Of a stretch of DNA of 58,063 nt, positions 8,972-18,899 are shown in pieces. The position numbers were made by a program, and so were the translations under genes. Source of the DNA: a virus (taxonomy: Duplodnaviria > Caudoviricetes). The notes under the pieces were generated by a model that ran no database searches, was not told the origin of the DNA, and saw nothing but the letters and a program-made list of their open reading frames with translations. Location of the stretch: positions 1-58,063 of the IMG/VR virus record IMGVR_UViG_3300013094_000055, one strand, 5' to 3'. How positions within the stretch are numbered: the first letter of the stretch is position 1; every line of letters begins with the position of its first letter.

Positions 8972-9734
8972 TGTTGTCTTGCGCCTGTAACATACTTGAG
9001 ACTTCTAGATAAAGCGAACCGAACTCGATAATAAAGCGTTTCCACACGAGCTCAGGGTTATTAAGCTTCTTATCGTGCTTGATCTTATCGAAGAACCGCT
9101 CCATCATTAAACGCTCAATAGCGCCGTCAGTGTTGTACTCCTTGCGCTTGTTGTCAAGTGCGTACCTAAAACGACTGCGGGTAACTTCCCATGGAGCAAT
9201 GTGCCAAAGGCGGTGCATCTGCTCAGCAAACTCGAAAGTAGAGTCGGTGGATGTCCATGAATCAGCATTAGTTACATCACGGCGAGCCATACGTTCGGAA
9301 CGGCGCTTCTCGTGAAGGTCAAGCTTCTCCCGATGCTTGGCAGCCTGATGCTTGCGCCGAGCCTCTTCCCGCTCTTCTTCACTATCGTAATACTCCACGC
9401 TCTCCTCCTCCCGCGAACCCCGTTCGCTATTCGGTTTATAGTTAATAGAATAAGTACTTAGTAATAAGTTACTATTCAGCTGAGTCTGCAATGTGTGCAT
9501 ACGGGTTTCCAGTAGCCGGATACCCGCAGACGTAATCTGTAGGTTAGAGATGATCCTGCCGTTTTTCATCTTGTTGGTCACCGTCTCAATCAACCCCTCC
9601 CTACGAAGAAGGGTCAACGAGCTTTGGATAGCCTCACGTCCTTCACCCAGTACCTTAGAAAGCCCTACAGCCCCGCCATGGGACGGGCGCATAGCAATCT
9701 CCTCTAGGATACCTATAGCTCGGGCTGTGATCAC
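8916..9734 (-). CDS. Putative replication initiator (N-terminal winged HTH)
   Basis: EGREAIQSSLTLLRREGLI HTH; directly upstream of the DnaC-like loader (lambda O/P-like order); internal AT-rich tract. Confidence 0.6.
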   Translation of the reverse strand: MITARAIGILEEIAMRPSHGGAVGLSKVLGEGREAIQSSLTLLRREGLIETVTNKMKNGRIISNLQITSAGIRLLETRMHTLQTQLNSNLLLSTYSINYKPNSERGSREEESVEYYDSEEEREEARRKHQAAKHREKLDLHEKRRSERMARRDVTNADSWTSTDSTFEFAEQMHRLWHIAPWEVTRSRFRYALDNKRKEYNTDGAIERLMMERFFDKIKHDKKLNNPELVWKRFIIEFGSLYLEVSSMLQAQDNIEVIKEEALKSQEWLDNV

Positions 9735-10366
9735 TTCCTAGGGGCCTTCTTGGACTTTTTAGAGGCATTTAACTCGGCTACCACAGCCTTGGCAATTAGC
9801 TTTGCTATTGCTTCTAGCCCTAGGTACACCTCTTCGTACAGTTCGTCCTCTTCGTCCGGCTCTTCCTGCTCTTCCTCTTCCTCAAACTCATCCTCTTCTT
9901 CAGGAGACTCTTCGGCTTCTGGGACAGCGATAGGCTTATCGGCTTTAATGTCTTCAGAGGCAGTAAGGGCGTTTAAGCCGTCAGTTAGGTCTAAGCACTT
10001 GATACCAGATTCCTTGGCATAGGCAAGCGCATTGAGGCAGTCTTTATCCTCATCATCCCAAAGAAGGAAGATGCTGTCTTTATCAGAGGATAGAGTTTCT
10101 ATAGCTAACTTGATTGGGTCATCGCTTTGGGTGACGCTGCAGGATGGTAGGCCCGGAGCATCATCCACTGTGTTTATTGCAATGATGTCAATGTCTTTAT
10201 CTTTTGCAAGCTGGGCTGCAAACATCTGACCTTGACTTGGCCTCTTATCAAAAGCTAGAACTAGAACGTTCTTAGACTTTTTAGAGTAGAAGTAGTCTTC
10301 CATAAGCGCTTCTAGATTAGCGCGACTGGTATTTCCATTACCAGCTACTAGAACATAGTTGTCCAT
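9731..10366 (-). CDS. Rossmann-like (possibly SLOG/YspA-related) protein with acidic tail
   Basis: VLVAGNG, LLWDD, YAKESGI pattern; poly-Glu/Asp segment. Confidence 0.5.
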   Translation of the reverse strand: MDNYVLVAGNGNTSRANLEALMEDYFYSKKSKNVLVLAFDKRPSQGQMFAAQLAKDKDIDIIAINTVDDAPGLPSCSVTQSDDPIKLAIETLSSDKDSIFLLWDDEDKDCLNALAYAKESGIKCLDLTDGLNALTASEDIKADKPIAVPEAEESPEEEDEFEEEEEQEEPDEEDELYEEVYLGLEAIAKLIAKAVVAELNASKKSKKAPRK

Positions 10367-10422
10367 TAGGACCTCCTCGTTAGGGGAGGCCTACACTATC
10401 ACAAGTCTTTGGGGGGTTGCTA

Positions 10423-13362
10423 CTAGGTCTGTGGTTGTGACAAGAACACGGCGGCTGTTTGACCAGAAAGCAGCGCCCCTTGAACTATGCCTTCTACTAA
10501 ACGAGCCTTAGTGTTGTAGTAGTTCTTGTAGAAGTGGCTGCGTCCGGCATTTATATTTCCGTTTTCCCAGCTAAAGTCGTTGACAAAACCCGGACCGCCA
10601 GAGCCGTCAAAGTATGTCTGTAGTATTCCCGATTTTTCGAATAGAGCTTTATCAAAGTAAACAACGTTTCCTGATGTAGTTGTCCATGAGACTTTTACAG
10701 TAGCGTAGGCAGCGTTAGATGGTGCAATGTCAGTTACATATGGTCGAACCCATGAACCAACGGGGGCAGAAACAGGAGATCCTGTAGATGTGCTTATAAC
10801 AGTATTGGTGATGTCGTACCAGGTTATAGACGCTGTAAGAGATTCTGTTGCAGTTAGGGCTTGAGCGTATGTGCTCCAAATATAAGAGCTATTTGGATAG
10901 TAGATCGGTGTCTGTTGAGATGTAGTAGAGCCGTTCCAAGAAGAGAGCGCGGCCGAAGTTCCAGTTGCAGTTACCGCAAGTTGATGACCTGCGCTATACG
11001 CAGAACCGGATGACAAAACTGAAGATTGGTTAATGCTGCTAGATACAGAGAAAGTAAACCCTGTATAAGTAGTTCCATTGCTTGGAAGAACAACTCCTGT
11101 AATAACGCGGTATCCAAGATAGTTAGCTGCCGTAACCCCAGTGCCAGATACAGACGCGATGTATACAGTGCTGCCTACTTGAAGTGTGTGCGGCTCACTT
11201 AGAGTTACGGTTACTACTCCTGCTGCAATTGCGGTATTGGTAATTGTGTAGCTGGTTGTAGTTGGTTCAGGTAGCAAAGCCACTGATGGGGACGCAGAAG
11301 ATACAAGAGAGTTTGAAGCGTTTGTTGAATACCAGTTAGATGTTGACGCATAGTGCGGGTTAAGCAACTCATTAATGCGTGTAGCTCTAAAAGTAATATG
11401 TATGTTTCTTGCTTCATCAAATACGCTTGGAGTTGCGCCAGAGGAAGTTAACTCAAATTGACAAGCATCAAAGAAATGGTGTTCGTTTGACGCGCTTCCC
11501 GCAGTACTTGCTATAGACATTCCAGGAGCAGCATAGTAAGCAGTAGAAGGTGCTTGAGCTGTTACGTAAGGGCGTACACCGGATGAAAATGTAGCTGTGT
11601 TATCAGACACTGCAGTTCCAGAAGATGAACTGATATATGCGCCTGTGCGAGTAAACCATTTAACAATAGGAGTTACGTTTCTAGCTGTTCCGGAGTAACC
11701 ATAGGCTGCGTAGAAGCTCCATGTGTAGTAGCTACCGCCTTTTACAGGGATACCTTGTGTTACTGGGGACGCATCCCCGCAGTAAGCTGTGATTGTTTGA
11801 GAGCTAGATGAAAGATTATAAAAAGCAAGTATGCCTGAGTTTTTATTTGGCCATAAAGTGGAATAACTTCCATTTAGTGTGCCATTAGCATCAAACACAG
11901 CAGGGGATGGGTACGGGGAAACTGTTCCATATACGCCTAACGACGTGTTATACCCAGTACTTAATAGGATATTCGATTGAGTTAACGCAAAGCTGATAGT
12001 TGTTGCTGTTATAGCTGTAATTTGAACAGGCGTAGATCCCGTATTCAATGAAGGGTACGGAAGATTAGAAACGGTAATAGAGTTTCCTACGTCGTACATG
12101 TGAATGTACTGAACTACCGACCCCGTCACAGCTGTAGTTGCTGCAGACGCTGTAGCAACAGTAAATGAGATTGTATTTGATGTTACTGCTGTTACAGTTT
12201 GATGGCCGTTGTAGGCAGTGCCGACATTAGATACTGTTATATCTACGCCTACAGGGATATTGTGGTTAAACGAGGTCACTACGGTAGCCACGTAACTTGT
12301 AATAGACGCGCTTGTTACAGTGTAAATTGGGTTTGTAGTTTGAAGGTTAAGAGTTACTACGTTAGAAGTTAATGACAAACTAGCAATATTAAATGTATCT
12401 AGTTGATCGTAGTCTGCTGTTCCGTCCAAAGATCCCCAGTGGCCAGGTCCTTCTTCAAACGAAGAGTCATTATAGTCAAGCATCAAATTGACACCTGTCT
12501 TCAATCCAACTACTGATGGGTTAGGCGCCTCAGTGGTTGTTGCTGCTACAGGTACGTATTGGTTGTTGGGTCCTAATACAAACGTGACTTCTGGCACTGG
12601 GTTCGGGATAGCCCATCCTGTGAAATCTTCTAAGAACCCGATTAATCCTTGTTTTGATCCGCGTTGCTTTGTTAGGATAACGCTATCTCGAAGAAGAATT
12701 CGATTTTGCTGAAGCCCGATGGCAGCTTCATAATTTTGACCAAATTGATTCAGCATAGACGGGATTAGCTGACCGCTAACTTGCGTAACATCGTAGCGGT
12801 GTATTAATGACTCAGTTAGCGTTTGATCCCAGTCAAGTTGAAATGCAAAGTTATTTAAGAACTGCTGAAGGAGCGGATTATCCCAATCAGTCGTAGGTGT
12901 GTACGGAGTAGATACTTTGTAAATATCTGGCAGGTAAGAGTACAGCTTTGATGAGTTGTTGAAGTCCTTTACAGACAAGCCGATAACGTTTCCGGCGTTA
13001 GTCCATGTATATTGTGTAGTGTTGAATAGGTAGATCGAATAGTAGTAAAATGCGCCTTGTTGTAAGCCAGTATCTATGAATGACACCGAAGCATGTCCGT
13101 CGTTAACTGCTGTGTATACTTGAACTCCATCATACGAGTTAACCGGAAACCCGTAAGCGTTTCTTACCAAAACTAAGTTAGACCAAAGGCCGCTAGGGTT
13201 AGACCATTGAAGAGTTACAGTGCCATAGTTACTGTAACCACTGGAGGCTCCTACTGGAACAACAGCGCCAGGCGTAGCCGTAAAAGGAAGAACGCTTAAC
13301 TTTAACGGGTTATTGGCTCCGTAGTAAGATTCATCATAGTAGTCGTATCCGTAGCGTGCCAT
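10423..13362 (-). CDS. Large baseplate wedge/fibre-attachment protein (P2 gpI-like core with CBM-like and beta-barrel repeats)
   Basis: LYSYLPDIY...LQQFL...RGSKQGL gpI-like core; follows baseplate J; two CBM-like repeats (WFTRTGAYISSSSG, WYDITNTVISTSTG). Confidence 0.7.
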   Translation of the reverse strand: MARYGYDYYDESYYGANNPLKLSVLPFTATPGAVVPVGASSGYSNYGTVTLQWSNPSGLWSNLVLVRNAYGFPVNSYDGVQVYTAVNDGHASVSFIDTGLQQGAFYYYSIYLFNTTQYTWTNAGNVIGLSVKDFNNSSKLYSYLPDIYKVSTPYTPTTDWDNPLLQQFLNNFAFQLDWDQTLTESLIHRYDVTQVSGQLIPSMLNQFGQNYEAAIGLQQNRILLRDSVILTKQRGSKQGLIGFLEDFTGWAIPNPVPEVTFVLGPNNQYVPVAATTTEAPNPSVVGLKTGVNLMLDYNDSSFEEGPGHWGSLDGTADYDQLDTFNIASLSLTSNVVTLNLQTTNPIYTVTSASITSYVATVVTSFNHNIPVGVDITVSNVGTAYNGHQTVTAVTSNTISFTVATASAATTAVTGSVVQYIHMYDVGNSITVSNLPYPSLNTGSTPVQITAITATTISFALTQSNILLSTGYNTSLGVYGTVSPYPSPAVFDANGTLNGSYSTLWPNKNSGILAFYNLSSSSQTITAYCGDASPVTQGIPVKGGSYYTWSFYAAYGYSGTARNVTPIVKWFTRTGAYISSSSGTAVSDNTATFSSGVRPYVTAQAPSTAYYAAPGMSIASTAGSASNEHHFFDACQFELTSSGATPSVFDEARNIHITFRATRINELLNPHYASTSNWYSTNASNSLVSSASPSVALLPEPTTTSYTITNTAIAAGVVTVTLSEPHTLQVGSTVYIASVSGTGVTAANYLGYRVITGVVLPSNGTTYTGFTFSVSSSINQSSVLSSGSAYSAGHQLAVTATGTSAALSSWNGSTTSQQTPIYYPNSSYIWSTYAQALTATESLTASITWYDITNTVISTSTGSPVSAPVGSWVRPYVTDIAPSNAAYATVKVSWTTTSGNVVYFDKALFEKSGILQTYFDGSGGPGFVNDFSWENGNINAGRSHFYKNYYNTKARLVEGIVQGALLSGQTAAVFLSQPQT

Positions 13363-13364
13363 GA

Positions 13365-15194
13365 TTAGCTGTTAATTCCTCCGCTAGCGTTGATAAAGAC
13401 AGTTCCCATACCAGTAACAGTATTGCTCTGTATGTTGCTTAAGAAGGTAGATAAGCTAGTAGATGTTAGTAGCGTAGCTCCAGCCGCAGATATTTCACTT
13501 ATTGTAGGGATTTCATTTATCGCACACACAACGTCGTTAACTGTAAGTGCCGCAGCAATAGGCCCTGAAACAGGTGTTGAAGATACGTTACCTGAGATTA
13601 AAGCATATGAGAATGTTGTAGACGTTACCGCAGTTACAACATAAGTTCCATTAAATATAGTTAACCCGGTACCAGCTACCCCGTTGACAAGCACTGTTTG
13701 ACCTACAGACAAGCTGTGTGTTCCTACAGTCAAAGTTGCCACGTTAGAGGTCAATGCCACGTTTGTTACAGCGTAGGCTTGAGCCTTATCCGCACGCACA
13801 AACATCTGAATTTGTTGTGTTGCAATTCCTTCTACAGATGCGATTGCGTTGTAGACATTTGACACAGATACAGTGTCATTAAACGTAACATTGTCAATAT
13901 AGAACAAGTTATTAATGGCAGTTGTTACGTTAGAAACGACTGAGGACTGCGTATATTGTGGGTTAACTGTAATGCTAACCATCAAATAAGCGCCAATGTA
14001 AGTAGGAGGTTGATAAACCACAGTTGTATTTGCTGGCGCTTTATCCACCAAGTATAGGTTTACAGTTGAAGTTACGTTGTTGAAAACAGAACTTGGAGTG
14101 TAGTTGTCTGAGGCCACTCCAGGGTCACCGGATGGGCAAACATAAAGAGTTACTGCAGAGTAAACGTTTGCGTTTGCTATAGCTTTTGAGACACCATTTA
14201 CCTGAACAGCTAAGTTAGCATAGTCAGCTAATGAGACTGCGCGGTTAACTGAACGGATACTTAGTGGAGCGTTTACTCGAATAGAGTCGGTAGATTCCGC
14301 GTCAGCTCCGCCTGTAGCAGCGGTAGAGTCATTTATTACAGTAATTCCTACAGGGATTTGAGAAAGTCCAGGCCAGTAAGTAATGTACTTAATTGTGCTA
14401 GTTGCCACGTTTCCAATAACGCCTCCGCCAACTCTATAAGTTACATAGATAGGCGATCCTGTAGGCGGGATTCGCCCAGCTACGTTATCTCCAAATTGAA
14501 TGTAAGTAACGTTGTTTGCATCAGTTGTCACTGAGTACACTGCGGCGTCTCCGGAGTAGTCAATTAGGTATCCTACCTGTTGGTAAGCAACTCCATTAAT
14601 TGTTACGCTTGAAATGCTAATCACAGAAGGGTTAGACAGGGCGTATGTTTGATAAGGTGTTCCTGTAGAGGACGTGGTCACTTCTTCGTTAGCCACTGTA
14701 TAGCCTTGAGTAGCGGATACTGTTGCGTTTGTTCCAGGCTGCAAAGTAAGTGGAGCTGAGGTTTCAAATATAATTTGAGATGTTGTAGAGTTAGCTACGG
14801 CTGAAGTAGCGATCTGTGTAAGAGCGGGCACAGTTACTACGCCGTTAACAACACCTACAGAATTTACTGATGAGCTGTTAGAGTTAGTAAACTTAACTGT
14901 AACTGTTGCTGCTTTTGCGTTTGTAGGTGTATAACCAATTAGGCTAGCCAACTGAAGGACGGTAGAGCGCTGTGTTGCCGTATTAATAAGGGCTTCATTA
15001 GCGGATACATCAATGTAATAATTGAGAATATCTCCCATGTAGGCAAACAGTTCTAGTAGGGCAATTCCAAAGTCGGCTGGGTCACGGTTGGTCCAATAAG
15101 GCGCAATATTTGGAATAAGGTTTGTCATATCCGTTAGGATCGACGAATAATCCCGAGATGTGTAGTCAATAGACGGCACGTAATTAGTAGACAC
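13365..15194 (-). CDS. Baseplate J-like wedge protein
   Basis: IDYTSRDY, DFGIALLELFAY, FGDNVAGRIP, GGADAES, RAVSLADY; start moved to GTG 15194 (GGAGG). Confidence 0.9.
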   Translation of the reverse strand: MSTNYVPSIDYTSRDYSSILTDMTNLIPNIAPYWTNRDPADFGIALLELFAYMGDILNYYIDVSANEALINTATQRSTVLQLASLIGYTPTNAKAATVTVKFTNSNSSSVNSVGVVNGVVTVPALTQIATSAVANSTTSQIIFETSAPLTLQPGTNATVSATQGYTVANEEVTTSSTGTPYQTYALSNPSVISISSVTINGVAYQQVGYLIDYSGDAAVYSVTTDANNVTYIQFGDNVAGRIPPTGSPIYVTYRVGGGVIGNVATSTIKYITYWPGLSQIPVGITVINDSTAATGGADAESTDSIRVNAPLSIRSVNRAVSLADYANLAVQVNGVSKAIANANVYSAVTLYVCPSGDPGVASDNYTPSSVFNNVTSTVNLYLVDKAPANTTVVYQPPTYIGAYLMVSITVNPQYTQSSVVSNVTTAINNLFYIDNVTFNDTVSVSNVYNAIASVEGIATQQIQMFVRADKAQAYAVTNVALTSNVATLTVGTHSLSVGQTVLVNGVAGTGLTIFNGTYVVTAVTSTTFSYALISGNVSSTPVSGPIAAALTVNDVVCAINEIPTISEISAAGATLLTSTSLSTFLSNIQSNTVTGMGTVFINASGGINS

Positions 15195-15603
15195 TTGGGA
15201 CCTCCGTAATGATATTTCCAGTCTTGTCAAGTATAGCAGTGCGTACCGACACAGTTACTGGGGTAGTTGATGGGCCGTAGTTATAAGATACGGTTATTAC
15301 CATTGAATTGCTGTCTACATCCAAGCTTGTATCAACACTTAGAAGGTTCAAATAAGGAAGCCACTCAGAGAATCCAAGTTGAACATACTGCTCGACAACA
15401 GTCGGCACAGACGCCATGTTCTCAAACACAAGGGCTCGGGCGTTTGTTCCATAGGTCGGGCGCATAACACGCTCTCCTAGAAGGGTCATAAGGGTAATAA
15501 CAACCCTGTCTTGAACCATCTTCTTCTCGTCTGTAGTTGTTGATACAGCCCCGTTAACGTCAAAACTAAACGGCAAAGATATTGCTTTTGGCGTAACACT
15601 CAT
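15184..15603 (-). CDS. Baseplate wedge protein, gp25/gpW-like
   Basis: LMTLLGERVMRPTYG motif. Confidence 0.9.
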   Translation of the reverse strand: MSVTPKAISLPFSFDVNGAVSTTTDEKKMVQDRVVITLMTLLGERVMRPTYGTNARALVFENMASVPTVVEQYVQLGFSEWLPYLNLLSVDTSLDVDSNSMVITVSYNYGPSTTPVTVSVRTAILDKTGNIITEVPSVY

Positions 15604-16109
15604 AGTTCAACTCCTAACCAGACCGGGTAATTTGGATCTCCAGCAATAAACATAACCCAAACTTTTTGCCCAATATTAGGGACTAAGCGGTGAGGCGTAT
15701 GCTCTAACGTACTTGTTGCGTCATTAAAAGCTGTGCCCGATGAGTCATTCCACAGGTTAGTAGTATTAACGGTTGTTACATGCGGGTGCGTCAGGTTGCT
15801 AGCACCAGTCTTTGCTACAACAGTTAACGCTGGCACAGTGCCCCCGCCCGTACCGCCAGAAACCCCTGTAGGAGTTGTTGTTAGTAGAGCTGCAATTTGA
15901 GCCGCTGTATGCGGCTGATGATCTGGATGGTTAGAGTTGTCTGTAACAGGTAGGCAGGGCTTAGCCCAATCTGTTTCCGCGACCCCCACGAGTTGAGGAA
16001 TCTGAAGCTTTATTTTATTCTGCCCATCTGGGTCTTGGTTATTGGTGCAAACACCCTCGTATATGCCGTAAAACCGCTTATCGTAAGTAGTGCCGTTATC
16101 GTCGGTCAT
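15600..16109 (-). CDS. Baseplate spike, gp5/gpV OB-fold
   Basis: YEGVCTNNQDPDGQNKIKLQIP...WAKPC...PNIGQKVWVMFIAGDPNYPVWLG. Confidence 0.85.
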   Translation of the reverse strand: MTDDNGTTYDKRFYGIYEGVCTNNQDPDGQNKIKLQIPQLVGVAETDWAKPCLPVTDNSNHPDHQPHTAAQIAALLTTTPTGVSGGTGGGTVPALTVVAKTGASNLTHPHVTTVNTTNLWNDSSGTAFNDATSTLEHTPHRLVPNIGQKVWVMFIAGDPNYPVWLGVEL

Positions 16110-17440
16110 ACAATGCTCCTAGAAATTTTACTTAACTGAGGGTTACTTTGAGTGCTTGTGCTGGTTGTAGGCTGAGTTATAGGGTCTAATGATAGCGTTC
16201 CTGTAACCCACACAGGAGAAGAAGTATTTGGTTTCTGCCTGTTAGTGGCTAAACCAAAGCTTGAAGATGACTGAGGGCCAATGTTAGGAGAAGTTACTTT
16301 TAGCTTAGTAGTCGGAAGGGTAGCTGTTTGACGAACACCGGGCACAATAGTTCTTATACCGCCCAGAGTTGGATACGAAACGGTCTGTCCGTCTGTCCAT
16401 TGAACAGCGCTTCCTAAAGAGTCTGTGCCCAAATACAAGATAGTTGTATAGCGTTGTATGTTACGTGTTTCTTCAACAACTTTATGTTCTGTGCCAAGAA
16501 TTGTCCAATACCCAGAGTATTGAGAGCCAACACCGCTCAAGTAGATAGGTAGATCTGGACGTAGACTTGCGTTACCAATAACCTCGGCTGTTGCTCTGTA
16601 TGGGAATATGTTTCTATTCTCCGCCGCCTCTGCTTCGTACTTAGCTGTTGAGGCATCTGATGCAACTACATGGGTAGCAAACCTATCAAAGAACTCAGGT
16701 TTAGAGTTGCTCTTTGTGCTCTTTGCCCTTATCTGTTGCGTTATTGACATGGCTTGTTTGCTGTTTTTATCAACACCGCCGATAGCAATTGCACCCTTTT
16801 TATCCCCTTCATATTCAAGGGTCTCTGAGATAACAGGTTCAAAGGAGTAGATTGTTGATCCTTGTGGGCTTGCTGGCCCGTTCATTACATACACCGGAGC
16901 TTCTGAGCGACGGGTAGTGTACTCATAAAGCATAGGTTGAAAATAAATCTCTGTGTTTTCTGTTCTTAACGAGTACCCACATTGTTTTGCTAAACGCACC
17001 ATAAGCTGCCAATCTGTATGCCCAGCTTGTGTTACTTGTGGGTAGATGCGTGGGTGCGGAACGGTAAAGGCTACAAAGTTATTTTTCTTTGCTATCTGTT
17101 GGATAATGCCATCAGCAGATAGGCCTTTATATACATGCTGAGACTCGTTTTTCATCACCATAGACGCGCCCACAGCAACAACCTCTGTCATATTAATTGC
17201 TGGGCTTCTACTTACATTGATATGGTGAACATACCCGTAAAACTGTTTAACGTTTTTTGCAGACCCTAATGTGAAAGTTACAGGTGACCCAGCTTCTACA
17301 GCTTCGTATGCAACGCCCCAGTCCCTAAACTTAATAGAAGCAATCTCATGTTCATACCTGTTTTGTTGCAGAGTTAAGCTATAAACAAGCTTAGGGGCTA
17401 GAGATGTGTTAGGAAAAGATACATATATGTAATTAAACAC
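16106..17440 (-). CDS. Baseplate hub (gpD/gp27-like)
   Basis: QAGHTDWQLMVRLAKQCG, GNASLRP, YSGYW; synteny. Confidence 0.8.
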   Translation of the reverse strand: MFNYIYVSFPNTSLAPKLVYSLTLQQNRYEHEIASIKFRDWGVAYEAVEAGSPVTFTLGSAKNVKQFYGYVHHINVSRSPAINMTEVVAVGASMVMKNESQHVYKGLSADGIIQQIAKKNNFVAFTVPHPRIYPQVTQAGHTDWQLMVRLAKQCGYSLRTENTEIYFQPMLYEYTTRRSEAPVYVMNGPASPQGSTIYSFEPVISETLEYEGDKKGAIAIGGVDKNSKQAMSITQQIRAKSTKSNSKPEFFDRFATHVVASDASTAKYEAEAAENRNIFPYRATAEVIGNASLRPDLPIYLSGVGSQYSGYWTILGTEHKVVEETRNIQRYTTILYLGTDSLGSAVQWTDGQTVSYPTLGGIRTIVPGVRQTATLPTTKLKVTSPNIGPQSSSSFGLATNRQKPNTSSPVWVTGTLSLDPITQPTTSTSTQSNPQLSKISRSIV

Positions 17441-17714
17441 TAGGTATCCTTAATACAGTTCCTGGAGCAATGTTAGTAAAATCTGAGATTACAGGGTTTG
17501 CCATAACTATAATCCACCAATGTCCTGGATTTGAATAGTAGATATTTGCTATGGTGTCTAGGCGTTCACCTTCTGTATAAGTATGCGTCCTGTAATTAAG
17601 CACAGAAAAAGGTTGGATAGTGTTAAAGACAATTGGGTACGACGGCCCATTTAACTCTGTAGAAACGTAATCAACAGTGGCGTACTCATATCTAGAGCCC
17701 TTATATATTGACAT
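17433..17714 (-). CDS. LysM/gpX-like baseplate protein
   Basis: GERLDTIANIYYSNPGHWWIIVMANP...GTVLRIP. Confidence 0.85.
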   Translation of the reverse strand: MSIYKGSRYEYATVDYVSTELNGPSYPIVFNTIQPFSVLNYRTHTYTEGERLDTIANIYYSNPGHWWIIVMANPVISDFTNIAPGTVLRIPSV

Positions 17715-18898
17715 TATTGACCTCCAGAAGTTAATGTAGTCTGTGAGAAACCGTACATGGTTACTTGAATCTCTGTGTGTAGAGGAATCATGTCTTGAGT
17801 AAATATTGTGTGGTTTACTGACAGGCTATCGATCCAACCAACATACGATAGGTTGTGAATTCCAGGGCCAAATTGAATTGCTATAGGGGTTGGTTGTAGG
17901 AAGGCAACGTCTGCTGTCTTTTTGCCTAAAGCGTTTGTCCAAAATGTAGAAGATGTCCCAGCTGATCCAGCGGCTCCAGAGCCGTTAAGCATTCTATAAA
18001 TGTATTCAATGTCAGCCATAGTACCTAGCTTTAAAAGGTCTTGTATCTGACCAGTTATATCTTCTGGGTTATCGGGCTTTGCATACCCAACTGCTCCGCC
18101 TTTGTAATAATCTGTTAGAGCATTTAACTTAGCCTTAGAGATTGCAGACGGCGTAAACCCAATAAACGTTCCATCTACAGAGCCAAGATCAGTTAAAGAA
18201 TTTAAGCCAGCGGCGCACGCAAAGTCGTTAACTCTATCAATTACAATAGTAAAAGAAATTGTTTCAAAGGCACTAAATAGCCCAGCTAACCCAGAAAAAG
18301 CATCAGTGGCGTTTGGTGTTACGTTAACATTTCTTTGTTGTGATGTCTGAATGCTTGTAGGGTTCCACAAGAATTGAAATCCCCAATTGTAGTCATATGC
18401 TGTAGTAGCAGGCGTTGACTCTGTAGAAGGGGCATTAGGCACTAATGTGCTTCCTCTTGCTCCCCTTACACTGTGTAAATTAGGGTTTGATATGGTTAGA
18501 CCGCCAGCGTAGGGGTCTGTAGTAGTAGCAGGCGTTGCAAGCTCTGAGTTTGTATTAATAGACTGATAGCACCACATACGAGTGAGACGAAGACCAAGAT
18601 CATTGGACGCGCTGCTTGCAGGAATTGTTGTGTCACTAGCTGGAAGAACCTGTTTAGGTGTTACTGGTCGACTCCATGAATGAGGGGGCAGGTTAAACTT
18701 CATCTTGTCTGGTGTTTTATTTGGTTGAGGTGTAGAGTTAATTGTTGTGTTTAAACCGGGAAGAAGCGGTTGGGTAGAGGTTGTAAGAGGGTTGTTACCC
18801 AAAATTCCTATTGAAAATGGGTCAGTAATAACTGCTCCGTTTGATGCCGGTGAACTCGTTGATGAGGTCGCGCCTTTGTTAGAAACGATACCGCTCAT
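17714..18898 (-). CDS. Tail tube initiator-like protein
   Basis: FQFLWNPTSI and GWIDSLSVNHTIFTQDMIP; between tape measure and LysM genes. Confidence 0.65.
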   Translation of the reverse strand: MSGIVSNKGATSSTSSPASNGAVITDPFSIGILGNNPLTTSTQPLLPGLNTTINSTPQPNKTPDKMKFNLPPHSWSRPVTPKQVLPASDTTIPASSASNDLGLRLTRMWCYQSINTNSELATPATTTDPYAGGLTISNPNLHSVRGARGSTLVPNAPSTESTPATTAYDYNWGFQFLWNPTSIQTSQQRNVNVTPNATDAFSGLAGLFSAFETISFTIVIDRVNDFACAAGLNSLTDLGSVDGTFIGFTPSAISKAKLNALTDYYKGGAVGYAKPDNPEDITGQIQDLLKLGTMADIEYIYRMLNGSGAAGSAGTSSTFWTNALGKKTADVAFLQPTPIAIQFGPGIHNLSYVGWIDSLSVNHTIFTQDMIPLHTEIQVTMYGFSQTTLTSGGQ

Positions 18899-18899
18899 G

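Noticed and set aside
10366-10395. ACCTCCTCGT resembling an HDV-like/theta ribozyme core on the plus strand
   Set aside because: P3 and P1 pairings could not be built; it is the complement of an SD hairpin.
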